64,000 bases of DNA from Chlorokybus atmophyticus (Eukaryota; Plantae; Mesostigma and Chlorokybus algae): positions 124,001 to 188,000 of the forward strand of contig RHPI01003261.1 of the NCBI GenBank assembly GCA_009103225.1, given 5' to 3'. The number at the start of each line of letters is the position of its first letter. The stretch's first letter is position 1. A model generated the notes under the pieces. It ran no database searches. It had not been told where the DNA came from and was given only the letters and a program-made list of their open reading frames with translations. The position numbers and the translations under genes are program-made. Below are positions 26,125 to 38,788 of the stretch, in pieces.

Positions 26125-26362
26125 AGGCGCAACACTGCATTGATGCCTGATTAGACGGGTAACCAGGTTAAAAAGCCTGTATTAGTGTAGATACGGTTAC
26201 AGGACTCGTGTATAAAGGTAGTGTATGCTAGTGCCGGTGTAGGGAGCACTGTCTGGCATTCAATCGCTGTAGACAGATCTGTGGTAGTATGTTGTGATTT
26301 TGTGATTGAAGACCTGTATTGTCAGTGCTGTTGCTCGTCCATCTGCATTGACATCGCTCACC

Positions 26363-29300
26363 TCAATGCAGTCTGTTGCGCTTGAGGTTGAGGACGGGCT
26401 TGCTCGGTGGCGGCTTTTTTGCAAGACAAATTGACAGCATCTTTGCGCGCGCTTCAGTGGGATCAGTGACACTGCGCCCTTTGGGAGTCAGGTCAATGCG
26501 GCGATAGCGCTCAAAGATGTCGCCATCATCATCAGAGCCTGCTGCAGACAGTGTCTTGTCATGACGCGATTTGTCCTTCCTGTCTCCAGAACCAGAATGC
26601 GACCTCTGCAAGCGCAGCAGTAATTGTTCCACACGCAATGCAGTGCACCTGAGTGTTGGTACTCGGTAAGTAGTGCACCCACCAGGTGTGCTATATGTCG
26701 TAGTACTGTGTTGTTTCATGTGCTCCTACTGGCCATCCTATATGCAGTACGCCAGTTTAGATGAACTGGTCAGTGCACTTACTCGCTGCCCGGTCTGAGG
26801 GTTTAGTATATTGAGCCGTGAAGGCTGCTCATCAACAGCATTGAAGCTATTCGACAGCCTTCTGCGTACGGTCTTGGGCTGGTCAATGTCACTGTCGATG
26901 CCATCAAGCAGACGAGCCATCTGCTGTGCAAGCGAGTACGTGCTGTTTGCAGCAAGCTTAGATAGACCAGCGAAGTCCTCTCTCTCTATGCCTGTCAGGT
27001 TATCTTGATGAGTCCGCAAAGTGTGAGGGTCAGCCATGTGGTCTTTAGGCGTGTGACCTCTCTGTGCAGGTAGCTGCAACTCAGGCAGAGGGTCGTCCAT
27101 GTCACCCAGGCTCCGCGCACTCCGGTCGAGGAGACGAGGACTGTGTGTTAACCTCCTGCCAGCAGCTTGCGCCGCCGTTGTTGGACGCGCAGATGGTGAT
27201 TCTTCAAGCGTTGCTGGCGGCGTGTCCATCAGTGACTGGGCCGCCTTCGATCGCAAGAGGTATCGGTGTGTACTTCGTTTAACTGTTGGAATGCCATGTC
27301 TAGATGCTGGTGTATTCTCGGGTAGCACCTTTGGCGATGGCTGAGCTGCCTTCATGGTACTTGCTCCTTTCACTCGCATGCTGCGCGCTTCCATCGGAAA
27401 CTCTGTACCAAATGTACTTGCTTGCATGCGAGCACTTGGTGCACCAGCTTGCAATGGAGTACTCGTTCTTGGATCGTCAAGTGCATCTGCAAGCAGCTTG
27501 CCCTTGACACTTTCCAACCTGTTGGCTGTTGTCTCTCTTGTTGTAGACTTGGCCTTTGCAAGCTTGCTGAACTTCTGACCAAACTGGGAACGCTCCTTGA
27601 ATGATGCAAAGGTGGAGGCTTTGCCACGCTGCTCCAGGAAGTTGCTCAGAACTGATGTTGATGGATTATCGAAGCCTAAGTCACAAAACTGCAGTAAGCT
27701 CTGTTGTCGAGCGGGATAGGTATGTGCAGGTTTGCGCATGACATGATACTCCTCATCATATTCAGGCTCGTGCAGATGTAAAGGCCTTGGAACTCTGCTG
27801 GGATAAGGCCCCTGGATATGTAACTCGTAGTCTTCTGTGCCATGTTGTGTGCGTAGGCTTGCAGGATATGGATCTTGCACGGTCAGGACATCTGCTTCCG
27901 GCGAGCTTTCTTGCGTTCGCCAAGCTTGCATCTGTCGCTCTTGCTCCTCTTGAGCAAGAATCTCCTGTGCGGAAGGCCAAGTGGGCTGCTGATGCAAATA
28001 AGCTCCTTCATTGTCTGCTCGTGCTGCTGAACGTATGGAGTCATAAGGCTGATGCATGTCAACGTAACCCTGCTTTGCTTCCAAGCTTGTAGCAGCTGCC
28101 TGTGGGTAACCATCAAGGGGTTCATCATAAGTCTGCCATGCGTTAGCATGACAATCTGCCCGGGTCATGTTGTTGTAGGATGGCACTGCCGGGTATGTGG
28201 GAGGTTGCCCTGGCATCATCCGGGACGTGTAGTTGGGTCCAGACTGTGGCATCTGGTCTTGCTGCTGCCAGTGTTCATCAGCAGCGAACAGTTGGTTGTT
28301 CTGCTGTTGCGCTTTCAGTTGTTGCAAGCTACGATGCGGGACGGCATACGCTCTCGTGGCAAGCTCCATTTGTTCAACACTGAGCGAAGCCAAGGCTTCA
28401 ACAGGAACACCTGCCAACGGAGCCTTGATGAGGAAAGCAACAAGTTGGCATCCACTTGACTTGGTCATGTGTTGCATGCTACAGTTGAATAAGCCAGGGA
28501 GAAACTTTGTTCTTAGGGGATGATGTTGTGCAATGTTATATTAGGCCATGCGGGCAGGGCAGGAGCGGCCCACAATACTGGCGCACCAACGCTATACAAG
28601 GGACATTGTGCACCGTTCTGTTGTTTACAAGCCACCTTGGCGGGTTCCAAGAAGCTGGAGCCTTACCTGATTGGAGGAATGCATGTGCGCTGATTGGATT
28701 GAGAAACGGGTACTGGCAAAGAAGCTCCTCCTCTGCAGATGGCGTCTCTGGCATGCTCGCACACCGCCGCAAGTCCCCCAGAGTTTGTCTGCTTTGTCTC
28801 ACCCACTCTATGGCATTAAGTACAAAGGTTTGGGTGCGCTCGTTGCTGTCTGACAGCAGGCACTGCACAAGCAAGTCCAGCTGCTCTGCTGCAACCGGCA
28901 AAGCATCCAACAGTTCTGTGAGTACGGCGAGATACCCTGCACCTCCCTCAAACACCTGAAGGCAGGTGTTCTATCAGCTCACTTGTACTGTAACATCAAC
29001 ATGTTGACCATACAGGTACTGCTGAGATGTGGCAAGCGTCATATGTATGTATCCTTACCAGGATACACGCTTCGTACGCCATGCTGAAGGCCTTCAAGTG
29101 CTGGCTAGCAATGATGTCAAGTGCTGTGTACAAGGTGCGTAAGGTGTCAGGGTCCCTGGCAGCTACAAGCCTGTCATCCACACCGAGCCGCTCTATTGTG
29201 TACACCACCAGGCAGCAGCCAGCAGAGAGAACGAAGTCGACCGGTAACGGCATGATGCGTTCAAACAGCTGCAGGGACATGTTTCGCTCAAGCTGCAAGA

Positions 29301-32300
29301 TCTTTCTGTACAGCGTCCGGCGGCCGTATGCGAGCGGCAATGTCCCACTGACATTTGCACTGTTCGCCACGACAAGCATCTCAAAGCAGTCACCATGAGG
29401 TGCTGTATCAAATTGCCTGTGTGGGACATGCTGCCTGCCTGAATCAGGCGCATTCTGTACAGGCTCCGGCTGCAGCTGCAGTGCTGGCTGCTGTTGTGTT
29501 GGAATCTGGGCGTGGAACGCCTCAGCTTGATAATTGAGTGGTTGTGGTTGCATTGTACTCGCCTGTCTCGGTAATGCCTGCCAACAAGTTTAAGTTGCTG
29601 AGTGCGTTACAACCAGCTACTTAGCAACATTGGCGCATACGTGCAATGACCACTTCCTCAATGCTGTGCTCATACCTGCCATTGGACAGCTGGTTCTTCT
29701 ATCACTGGCGCCAGGTTCTTCAGGCTCGATACCACGTTCGGCTTCAACTTGAGTGTGTGACAGGGTGCGCTCGCATACTTCAGCACTTCCGGCGTTCGAT
29801 CACCTTCAGCATACGCGATCATGATGGCAAACTTGAGCACTGGGAACAGCCTGCCAAGGTACCTGAAGCAAGCAAGACCAACACTAGGTACTCATTGAAC
29901 ATTGGCAGGTGCGTGCTTTCTGTAATGTTTGATGTGGGACAGGACCGCTCACATAGAGTCCACCAGAAGGCAGTCAGACTGGTTAAGGGCATGAGATACA
30001 GCAGCCAGAAGCACGCCACTAGGAACGTTGCTCCCTGGATGTAGCTTGCCCTCTCGGTCAAAGTGGTAAGGCCTGAGCGACAGAGAGGTTATGCTTGGGA
30101 ACATTGTGAAGAACGCCCGGCTGTCAGCAACAACAAGCGCCTTGTCTGTGAGCTCTCTGCACTGACTCCAATGCGACAGTATCTCCTGTAGCTTCATGAG
30201 GCTCGGATGATCATCTGCCCAGCCGGACTCTACTGTTTTGAAGGCTTTGAGAAGCTCTCGGCTTGACATGGTGCAGCATTCCGTGACAGCTGTCATGTTG
30301 GGAGCTTGCAGAGCATGCGTGAAATATAGATGTGCGACGCGCACGCCGTACGTGGAGAGGTTGAGCGCTGTCTGCTGCAGGGTGTAAAGCAGCACAATAA
30401 TGCGCAAACGCGATGTGCTAACCGCCTTCGTTTGGCACAGAGCTGCAGTCTGCTGCAATGCTGCACGCAATTGCTCTGATGCTGTCACGTTCAAACTTAT
30501 CTGCCGCAGTGCCTCTGGCACCGAACCTTCTAAAGACTCAACAGCAACGTCGTAGTCTTGCTTGAGTGCTGCCAGCAACTGAAGATGCAACTCACTGAGC
30601 TCCACCTGCATCAGGTGTTGGCATTGAGCATTTCCAGGAGCAACCACGTGCACAGGTACGTGTGATAAGCGCACGCTTATCCAACAACCAATGCAATCCT
30701 TGCCTTTGGCCGGTCAGAAACTATGTTTGCTGCACTAGTCAACAAGTAGTGTTGCTCACCTCGTGAACATTTTTGTCTTGTGGCTTTAGCTCCACCCCAA
30801 GTGCACCGCATGCAAGAGCAGCATCTGCTGCACTGGAGTCATTGCGATGACCAGAAACAACCTTCGCAGCATCTGGCCTCCCCATGCGCACATTGATGAA
30901 CGTTGACAGAAGGTCTCCATTTTCAATAACAGCTGGAGCATCATGCACAAGGTGTCGGGCAACATCCTGGATTGGCTTGACATCAGGCTGCAGATCACGT
31001 TGCGAAGCTTGAGTCTGTGAGGAGGGAAGACACGCTTCGTCATCTTGCTCACCATCTCCTACAAAGCAGACATCTAGCGCCTGCACTTCCTTGCGCGGGC
31101 TGAGTGTTGTTTCAGGATCGCTGATGGCCTCACAATGCACTGCAAGGGTTTTTCTAAGCGCACAGCAGGCTGTGTCGCCACACTCGGCTCTATCGGATGA
31201 GTAGTGCCAGTCAAGGTACAGCTCGGTGCTTGCGCGGCTTTGGGTGTGGTGTTTCAGCTCTGCGGCCACCGCAGCAAATGCAACCAAGGCACCAGTCTGG
31301 GCGTCTTCAGCAAAGACAGGGACCGGAAGCGTCACAGTCAGCAAGTCACTCATGCGCAGCTCGGCCTGTACAACCAGCTCGATGTACTTGCTGTCAGGGT
31401 TGCTGAGCAAAATGTCTGGTGGCTCAACCCTGGACGGCTTTTCACGCAGTGGCTGTGTGCTGATCTCGTCTGCTACGTGCTTGGCTACGCTCTGGAGCTG
31501 CTCGTCGTCAATGTCTGGCAGTGCCAGAGGCTCCAGTGTTAGCATTGCCGGTTGAGCAGGAGACTGCGTGCGCTCATCGCTGTGCTCCAGAATATCAGTC
31601 AAAGGCACCACGGTGGTGAGTTCATGCAAGTCAGGGTCTTCGGTTGAACGGGGGCTCGTGCCCAACTTGGCTGCAAGCACTTGTTCTGCCCGCTTACATT
31701 CCAGCAAAGCTTCAGGCTGCACACTCTCAGTCTGATGCTCATGTGCGATGGGATGAATGTTCAGCTCCTGCCTCTCGCGTGAAAGCCACTCAGCAAAGGC
31801 CGGCTTCAATGCGTCGTCCTGCATGCCGGGCACTTCCAGCTCAAAGCAGGCGATTGTGATGCTGGAGTTGGCAACACTAGCCTTGCTCGATGGACTCGCA
31901 TGGTTTTTGGAAATGCTTCGCGCAGAGTGCTCAGGAGAAGGCTTGCGTTGTGGAGTAGCTTCTTCTGGCGTGTTCAAGTCAATGAAAGGTATGCCCTGGT
32001 CCTGCCATAGATGTGCAGGTTAGGCAGCCTGATGGTGCTGCTCAACCACGAAACTGCATAGCATAGCAACAAAGCACCTCAGTTTGTGCATCGCAAACAT
32101 TGATGGCAGGCTGGTTGTTCGAGATGTAGAGAGCACCATGTGCTGGAGCAGTTTCAGCTACACTTGTTGGCTGGCTTTCCGCAACCATCTCCATCTCGGT
32201 TACACCTGCTTGTTCTTCACTTGTAGTCCCGGTCCGGACACATGCAGCAAGTTCTGTGAGCGTACAGCTGGTTATGTATGTGCAGAGTATTCTGACTACC

Positions 32301-33627
32301 ATAGTCTGGCTGTGTTTTGCATGCAAAGGCATACCAACTAAAAACAGCTGGCCCAGAAGCACAGGCTCTTCTGGCCCGAATGGGGTGGCATGTTGAGGAA
32401 CTGGTCCAGCCAAGATGTCTTGTGTGTCCACATCAGCTGGCAGGCTGATGTCTTCCACCTCCATGTCCAACAGCAAAGCATCTGCGAAAGCCTGTCGCGC
32501 GTCGTTATCGATGATACGCGGAGGCAGGTCTGGCACTGAAACCTTCTGCTGCTCAGCAAGGAATGGGTAAAACCAGTCGTGCAGACCGCCGTGGCTCGCA
32601 TGGTTCAACACTTCGCCATCAATGTCTGCAACAAGTCGACAACATCATGTTTGCCAAATACGGTATGTGGCTGTGTGTTCGTGTCTGTGTGCACGCGCAT
32701 GTGTCAAATGCACGCGCTTCAGTTCAACTGAAGGTTGAACGAGAGCAATCAACCCGCTTTCATCAAGCAGTATTGCTGTTGAGCCAAATGTAACACGCGT
32801 CAACCTCAATGAGACCACGTTGCACTGTTCTATGCAATAAGCTTGAAAGCTAAGCGCCCTCCGAGCAGTGAGGTACACTCAGGCGAGCTATAGCGCTCTG
32901 TAATCTGGCTAGCATGTGCAGACTGCTGTCCATGGCGTGACAATCACCGTGCAAACCTGGTACTGACAGCAGGACTTTCTCCAGTTGACTGGCGAATATT
33001 TCCAAAACATTGGGTGGAGTAGCTTCCAGCTCTGCTGTGGAGTAGTTTCTTGCCTCGCAGACGCTGCCCTCTGAAGGTGCCCGCATTGCAGCCACCATGC
33101 TGCAAGCTAGCACCCACCGGCACCCGTTACTCTACCTGCGTTGCATGCATGCCAAGGACACACTATTATTATCATATGCTTGCATGCATGAGAAAGCTTA
33201 TCTTAGAGAAAAATGTTGTTAGTGTGTCGGCAAGCATGCAAAGCCAACACCAACGGACCTTTTTAAACAGCTGTCAAGCTTCCTTTCACCCGACCACACC
33301 TCAGCTTGTCGCAGCTTGTCATGAAGCATACCGCCCTAGCCGCTGCAGCACTCCTCCGCCGCCACCACCTACCAACAACAGACGCCCTGCGCCAGCCAGC
33401 CAGCAAACAAGCAAGCACTGCATGCGAGCGGAAGCCAAAGCAGCTTCACACCGACGCCTTGGCTTCGTAGCGACATCAGTTCCAAATCACACGGGACTTC
33501 CAGCAGCGGCTTTGTCGCTACACAACAACGGTGAAGCGGCCTTGAAAAATGACCGAACGTGGAAGTCAGAACTGAGCAAGGATGGCTTCCACTGCAGGCG
33601 AAGGCCTTCGCCGGCAGTGGAAGCCAT
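26363..33627 (-). CDS. SHOC1: SHORTAGE IN CHIASMATA 1 / ZIP2-like XPF-family meiotic crossover protein; 5' exons uncertain
   Basis: XPF-like domain LVVANSANV...RRTLYRKILQLERNMSLQLFERIMPLPVDFVLSAGCCLVVY, CILVFEG and HhH-like ETPSAEEELLCQYPFLNPISAHAFL, plus LFPVLKFAIMIAY, all resembling plant SHOC1. Large internal exons at 26738-28477, 29949-30674 and 30739-31977. Exons above ~32620 and the start codon are tentative. Confidence 0.8.
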
Positions 33628-33635
33628 CCTTGCTC
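33574..33635. repeat. 62-bp near-perfect palindrome (31-bp arms, no spacer, 1 mismatch)
   Basis: GAGCAAGGATGGCTTCCACTGCAGGCGAAGG|CCTTCGCCGGCAGTGGAAGCCATCCTTGCTC. Confidence 0.97.
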
Positions 33636-34763
33636 CGGCAGTGCACAGGCGCAGTGCATGTTGGCGGTGGCGGTGAAGCTGGTGTCCTCCAGGCGGCGTA
33701 CGCATTAGGAAGACGGGGGGCTTTTGACCTGTTGGCGTCGTGTTGGACAGCTGCTCATCCTGGAGAATCACGCCTTGGTTTAGTGGACAGTAACGCTGCA
33801 TTAGCGCAAGTCAGTGAAGTGACGGCTTACATGCAGTTGCACATCTAGCGCTCCTACTTTGCTTCCAGACGCGCGTGAGCTAGCAGCAAGCTTGTTGCTT
33901 TGTGACCTTTTATAGTGAGTTTCTTGAGCTGGTTGATGACCGTGACAGTGTCACTCAGTAGCAAGCAACATAACTGCTTGCGTTCCTGAGTAGTAGCGGG
34001 CGATCACGACAGCATCCCGACGCAGGCTCAGGCTCAGGCTCGGGCTCTGCTCATGTCCTGAACCTGATTGCCGTGTTTGTATGGGATTCGACCTATACCT
34101 GCGGAAGGTGTCACTCTATGTGGACCAGCCTGCACAGTCGTCGTTCCAGACCAATGCTCCCTGCTACTCATGCCGCTGCTCTGGCATCCCCAGGGTACAG
34201 GTGTGGTCAGCTTGTACCTTATGCAATGCACCTGCCTGCTAGTGCACGGTCAATGATGACACGAGCGTAATTCCCTTTAGCGACTGAAACTTGCCATGCA
34301 AATTACATGTTGCTCCATGCATTCAAACGCAAGCACACAAGCTGACTCAAGATTGTGGCATGTGCTCAGTTGATTCCACTGTTTATATCAACGCCGATGG
34401 TCTCGTTGTCTTGCTGCTGTCATCAGGTGCTACCCAAGACGTGAGCGCTCAAGTCAGCGCTAACTCTCTGTATGACTTGCAATGTGCTGTTGTGAGAATT
34501 GCCACAACCATCAGCTTACACATGGTGGGACAACTGAGGTGAGTGTTGTTAACACTGCACCACATTGTTGTGTTGCGCAGGCATGTACTAAGATAAGGCT
34601 TATCTCCAGCTCGCTAATTGTGGACTAGTTGTAACTTGCCTGTTCAACAATGCCAAACTTGCTCTGACTCTGCTGTATGCTTGCTTACCAACGTCAGGAA
34701 CTGCATGTTATACTGCAGACAATGACATGTGTGGCAACCGATTCTTCCTGTAAGTGCTCACGA

Positions 34764-36430
34764 TCAATGGGACCTGATGAACCACCACAGCGCAATGCCG
34801 AGGCACGCCCCGAGGAAGGCCGTGACGCCCTTCGCTATGCGTTCTCGATTGACAATCATAGCGCGGAACTGCGCGCGCTCGTTTGTGCGGGGGAACGGTT
34901 TAGGTGTCCCGTCTGTGTCTTTGGGCACAGGCACGACGAGGAACCGGCACAGGGGTTCCCACCCCTCCTTCAAATTGAACACTAGCAGCTTGCTTTTTGG
35001 CACACGCGCCTTCACCTCCTCTACCCACCTCTTGTACACCGCCACCGCATGCCCCTCCTCCTCGAACCGTCCATCGAACAACCTCGGATTGTTCCACGCA
35101 ACCTGGTGAGGCCAATGGCGTGCGTGCGTGTGTGTGTGCGTGTGTGCGCGCGTGCGTGCATGCGTACACTGACGCGCGTGTGCTTGTGTGTGCGTATATG
35201 TGCGCGCGCATGTGTATATGTTATGGTATGCATGAAGTGTGTTCATCCGATGTTGGGTCTTCCAGAAGCTTCACTTACCAGGTCCACCATGAGCAGAAAG
35301 CGGCGGAGGAAGGGTATGCACGCAGTCATGGCTTTACTCATGATGGAGCCACCCCGGTTGAACTCGTAGATGGTGGACTTGGCGGAGGCGTACCACTCCT
35401 CAGGGCTGTCCCGCACTGTCAGGATGACCTATCGACATGTACACTGTCAAAGTGTTTGTGTGCGTATGTACAATATGCACGTGCATGCATGGAAGGGTGC
35501 ACATGCACCTACTCGTGCATGTGCACGAGTGCGCATGCGTATACACAGCAACACAAAGCCACATACATGATACATGCCTGTAATTTTGCTATCGCCATAA
35601 CAGCAGTGCAGCAGATGCACTGTGCAGACACTAACTTCTTCTTGGCATTATGCCACAATGTGGCATGTTGTCTCCACAGTCCGTCACCTTGGCGTTGGGG
35701 TATTGCTTCATCATCTCCTCATAGTACGCTACTGACGGATGGTCGACGGACGCTCTATATGCCGGCCGGCCCTTCTCCTCAGGAACGAAGATTTTATTGA
35801 AATCAAAGTCCTCACCTGTGCAAGTAAGCCATCAACATACATTACAATTCTACAACCACTGTGAATCATGCAAGGTGTACATGTCTACCCTGAGTGCTAT
35901 TGTCTCGTGCCTCCTCAGCCAGTACGTAGCCAATGCATGCTACACTCTTTCAGCCTCTCCACTCGAGTGACTCTTGCGTGCACATTCATTGCACTCATTG
36001 CGCACTGGTCAGTTTGTGCCGATAGTCACGTGCACACAGAGCATGAGTTGGTTAGCCCGGTGGTGGTTGTCTGAGCACGAATGCATTGGCTGACTGTCTG
36101 CTGCTGCACGTGACTGCTGGCTGCACTACACCATGCTGTACACCAAGTGCATGTCCGAGACGTAGCTTACACCTTCAGTACACACTTGTACGCACGCACA
36201 CAAAGACGCATCCGTGACGAAAATATCCTCCCACAACAATAGCACATCAGGTGTTCAACGCGACCTTGCTGTATTTGCTTCGCGCAGTCGATCCACTTCT
36301 GCGTATCGCCTGGGTTGGGGAATATCTCGGCCATATGGTAGCAAGGGTTGAAGCCCAACTGCTCCAGCGCCGCCTTCAGCGACATGGTCCCCGTGCGACC
36401 GAACCCAGCGCCAATCACGTCGAGTCCCAT
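34764..36430 (-). CDS. Sulfotransferase family protein (Sulfotransfer_4-like), copy A, C-terminal TM anchor
   Basis: Exons 36265-36430, 35688-35815, 35279-35428 and 34764-35102. 5'-PSB motif VIGAGFGRTGTMSLKAALEQLG..PCYHM, VDHP, 3'-PB motif VILTVRDSPEEWYAS, LLVFNLKEGWEPLCRFL, PFPRTN. Confidence 0.9.
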
Positions 36431-36822
36431 GGCGGGCTGTGCAGCGCTGTAAAACGCCTCTGGCGTGCTTAATGTCACAGTGGTACAGTTTAAGGGGGTC
36501 TTCCTCTACCACAAAGCAGGGCTCGAAGGCACTAAGCAGTGTAAGAGAAGCAACACCGCCGCCACCCCCGCCGTGCAGGCACTGCAATGATGACCCCCGA
36601 GGGCAGGAGGTACGCTTGCTACGGAGTGTCTGTCAGACGCGTGTGCGGGCGCGCGAGCTTGTCTGTCAGCGACTGTGTCGCACAGAATCATGTAAGCCGT
36701 TGATGGATCGTGCGCGCGTGTGTCAGGCAAGCTCAGGGAAGCATTTCACTAATTTTACACGTGCAACGAGCTCCGGTCGTTGCACATGCAAATGAGAATG
36801 ACTGCTTCACATTCATGTTACG

Positions 36823-36868
36823 TGAGTCACGTCATACTTCATAGGTCAGGACTCACCTTATCCTGCAC
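36823..36868 (-). promoter_or_regulatory. Candidate cis-element cassette upstream of sulfotransferase A (TGAGTCACGTC and GACTCACCTTATCCTGCAC)
   Basis: The same two motifs recur upstream of copy C (54233-54242 and 54261-54280) at a similar distance from the ATG. Confidence 0.55.
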
Positions 36869-37019
36869 GTCTTCACCAAAACAACGGATGTATTACATGA
36901 AAACAGTGAGTTCCTGAGGTGTTAATACCTCACACAAGTATCATCCGTACAACTCACTCAAGCCTACACAACATTATCATGGGTCAGGGCAGCGACATCG
37001 GCTACGCCGTCGCGGGGAA

Positions 37020-37767
37020 CACATCGTCCTCATGTCTCTTGGTGATGCGGATGGCCGCGGCGGCCAATGCCAACACCGCCATCGCATGTGCCCGCTGCGG
37101 CGTCACGGCCACGCGCTGCCGATACTTAGCAATAAATCGCACTGCATATCGCGCCTCAATGCCGCGCAACTGCACCACTCGGCGGACAATCCGTCAGCAA
37201 CAGCAAAAATGGCTCCTTTAGTAGGCCGTGCGTCCATGGCTAGCGGCACGAAGGAGTCAGCAGGATAGTGGTCGTAATACTTCCGCCTCTTCGCTTGCTC
37301 TGCTGCACGCGCCTTTGAGCCGGTTGCTGCTTGCGTCAGTGTCATCGTCGCGTCAAGCGATAGGCTATCGTCGCTGCCGGGCTCTAATGCCCAATGTCCA
37401 TGCGCCAGCCGTGTGACTCACCGTCACGCAAAGGCAAACAACCTAGCTGCTCTCGTCTAGCCATATACCCTGTCGCACGCACGATTACCACGACGACATC
37501 ACGCACAGCATCAGAAGTGCGATGCGATGCCCCTCCAGCGTGCATGCGGTAAATTGGCTTTAGGAGTCATGCAATCGCCCCTCATGGCCACATGCACACA
37601 ATTGCACGCCCGTGAACAAGGGACGAGAGATACTCAACAGTGTGTGCCTGGAGGTACAGAGCTCTGTACGATATACTGAAGCAGGCATGCGAGTCTCCCC
37701 GCGTATCGGAGCTGCTAGCAGCCGAGCTCATGCGCATGTCGCTGCTGCCGACTGCAGGCGCTGCACA
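37020..37767 (-). mobile_element. Decayed 3' part of a CRE-like (RLE-endonuclease) non-LTR retrotransposon
   Basis: Frameshifted motifs in the expected order on the minus strand: CACG zinc finger (37587-37598), C..EGHRIA, DAVRDVV (37501-37512), RMDI, LDATMT, ARAAEQAKRRKYYDHYPADSFVPLAM, FIAKYRQRVAVTPQRAHAMAVL. Confidence 0.7.
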
Positions 37768-38293
37768 TGTAACGGGAGCAATAATAATAGGGGTATTATT
37801 GCTACCTGAATAACACATTTTGTATGAATAAGTATTTAAATATGCTTATTTATACCTCTTTTCTACGGTTCCTCGCTTATTAAAGGCTATGATGCTTTAT
37901 CATAGCTTAAATAAGTCCCAATGGGTGTAGAACCGCGTATTCAAGCCTATTTAGTGTCACATTTGATATAATGTGATCACTATCTCGTTAGGTACCTTAC
38001 GATAGGTATCTTTGGATAGGTACCTTATCAATAGGTACCTTATCTGAGCTGTGATTGGCTCACGCTAGATTTCCTAACTACCCTATCTGTAGGGTCGATG
38101 TCTAGTTGTGAGTTAATTATCGAGAGTTATATAGTTGATATACTCTTGATATAAAAGGTCACATCAATCTGATGTGGGGACTTTCAGTTCTCTGCTCAGT
38201 GGCGGCCACGCCGTTGAAAGGCTTGTCATAGGCGGTGTGGGTGTTGGGGTAGAGGATTGAAGGGGCATCACCGGCGACGGTGGTGCTGTTACA
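37768..38293 (+). repeat. Extra LTR copy, part of a 1011-bp duplication (37283-38293 = 38304-39314) across a 10-N gap; probable assembly duplication
   Basis: Same as the 5' LTR and its flank except one base (TATAAAAGGT vs TATAAAAAGT); ends exactly at the N gap. Confidence 0.8.
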
Positions 38294-38788
38294 NNNNNNN
38301 NNNCCGCCTCTTCGCTTGCTCTGCTGCACGCGCCTTTGAGCCGGTTGCTGCTTGCGTCAGTGTCATCGTCGCGTCAAGCGATAGGCTATCGTCGCTGCCG
38401 GGCTCTAATGCCCAATGTCCATGCGCCAGCCGTGTGACTCACCGTCACGCAAAGGCAAACAACCTAGCTGCTCTCGTCTAGCCATATACCCTGTCGCACG
38501 CACGATTACCACGACGACATCACGCACAGCATCAGAAGTGCGATGCGATGCCCCTCCAGCGTGCATGCGGTAAATTGGCTTTAGGAGTCATGCAATCGCC
38601 CCTCATGGCCACATGCACACAATTGCACGCCCGTGAACAAGGGACGAGAGATACTCAACAGTGTGTGCCTGGAGGTACAGAGCTCTGTACGATATACTGA
38701 AGCAGGCATGCGAGTCTCCCCGCGTATCGGAGCTGCTAGCAGCCGAGCTCATGCGCATGTCGCTGCTGCCGACTGCAGGCGCTGCACA

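Noticed and set aside
33582-33848. Plus-strand 88-aa ORF starting in the palindrome, as a gene in its own right
   Set aside because: No recognisable domain or convincing downstream exon; kept only as part of the palindrome finding
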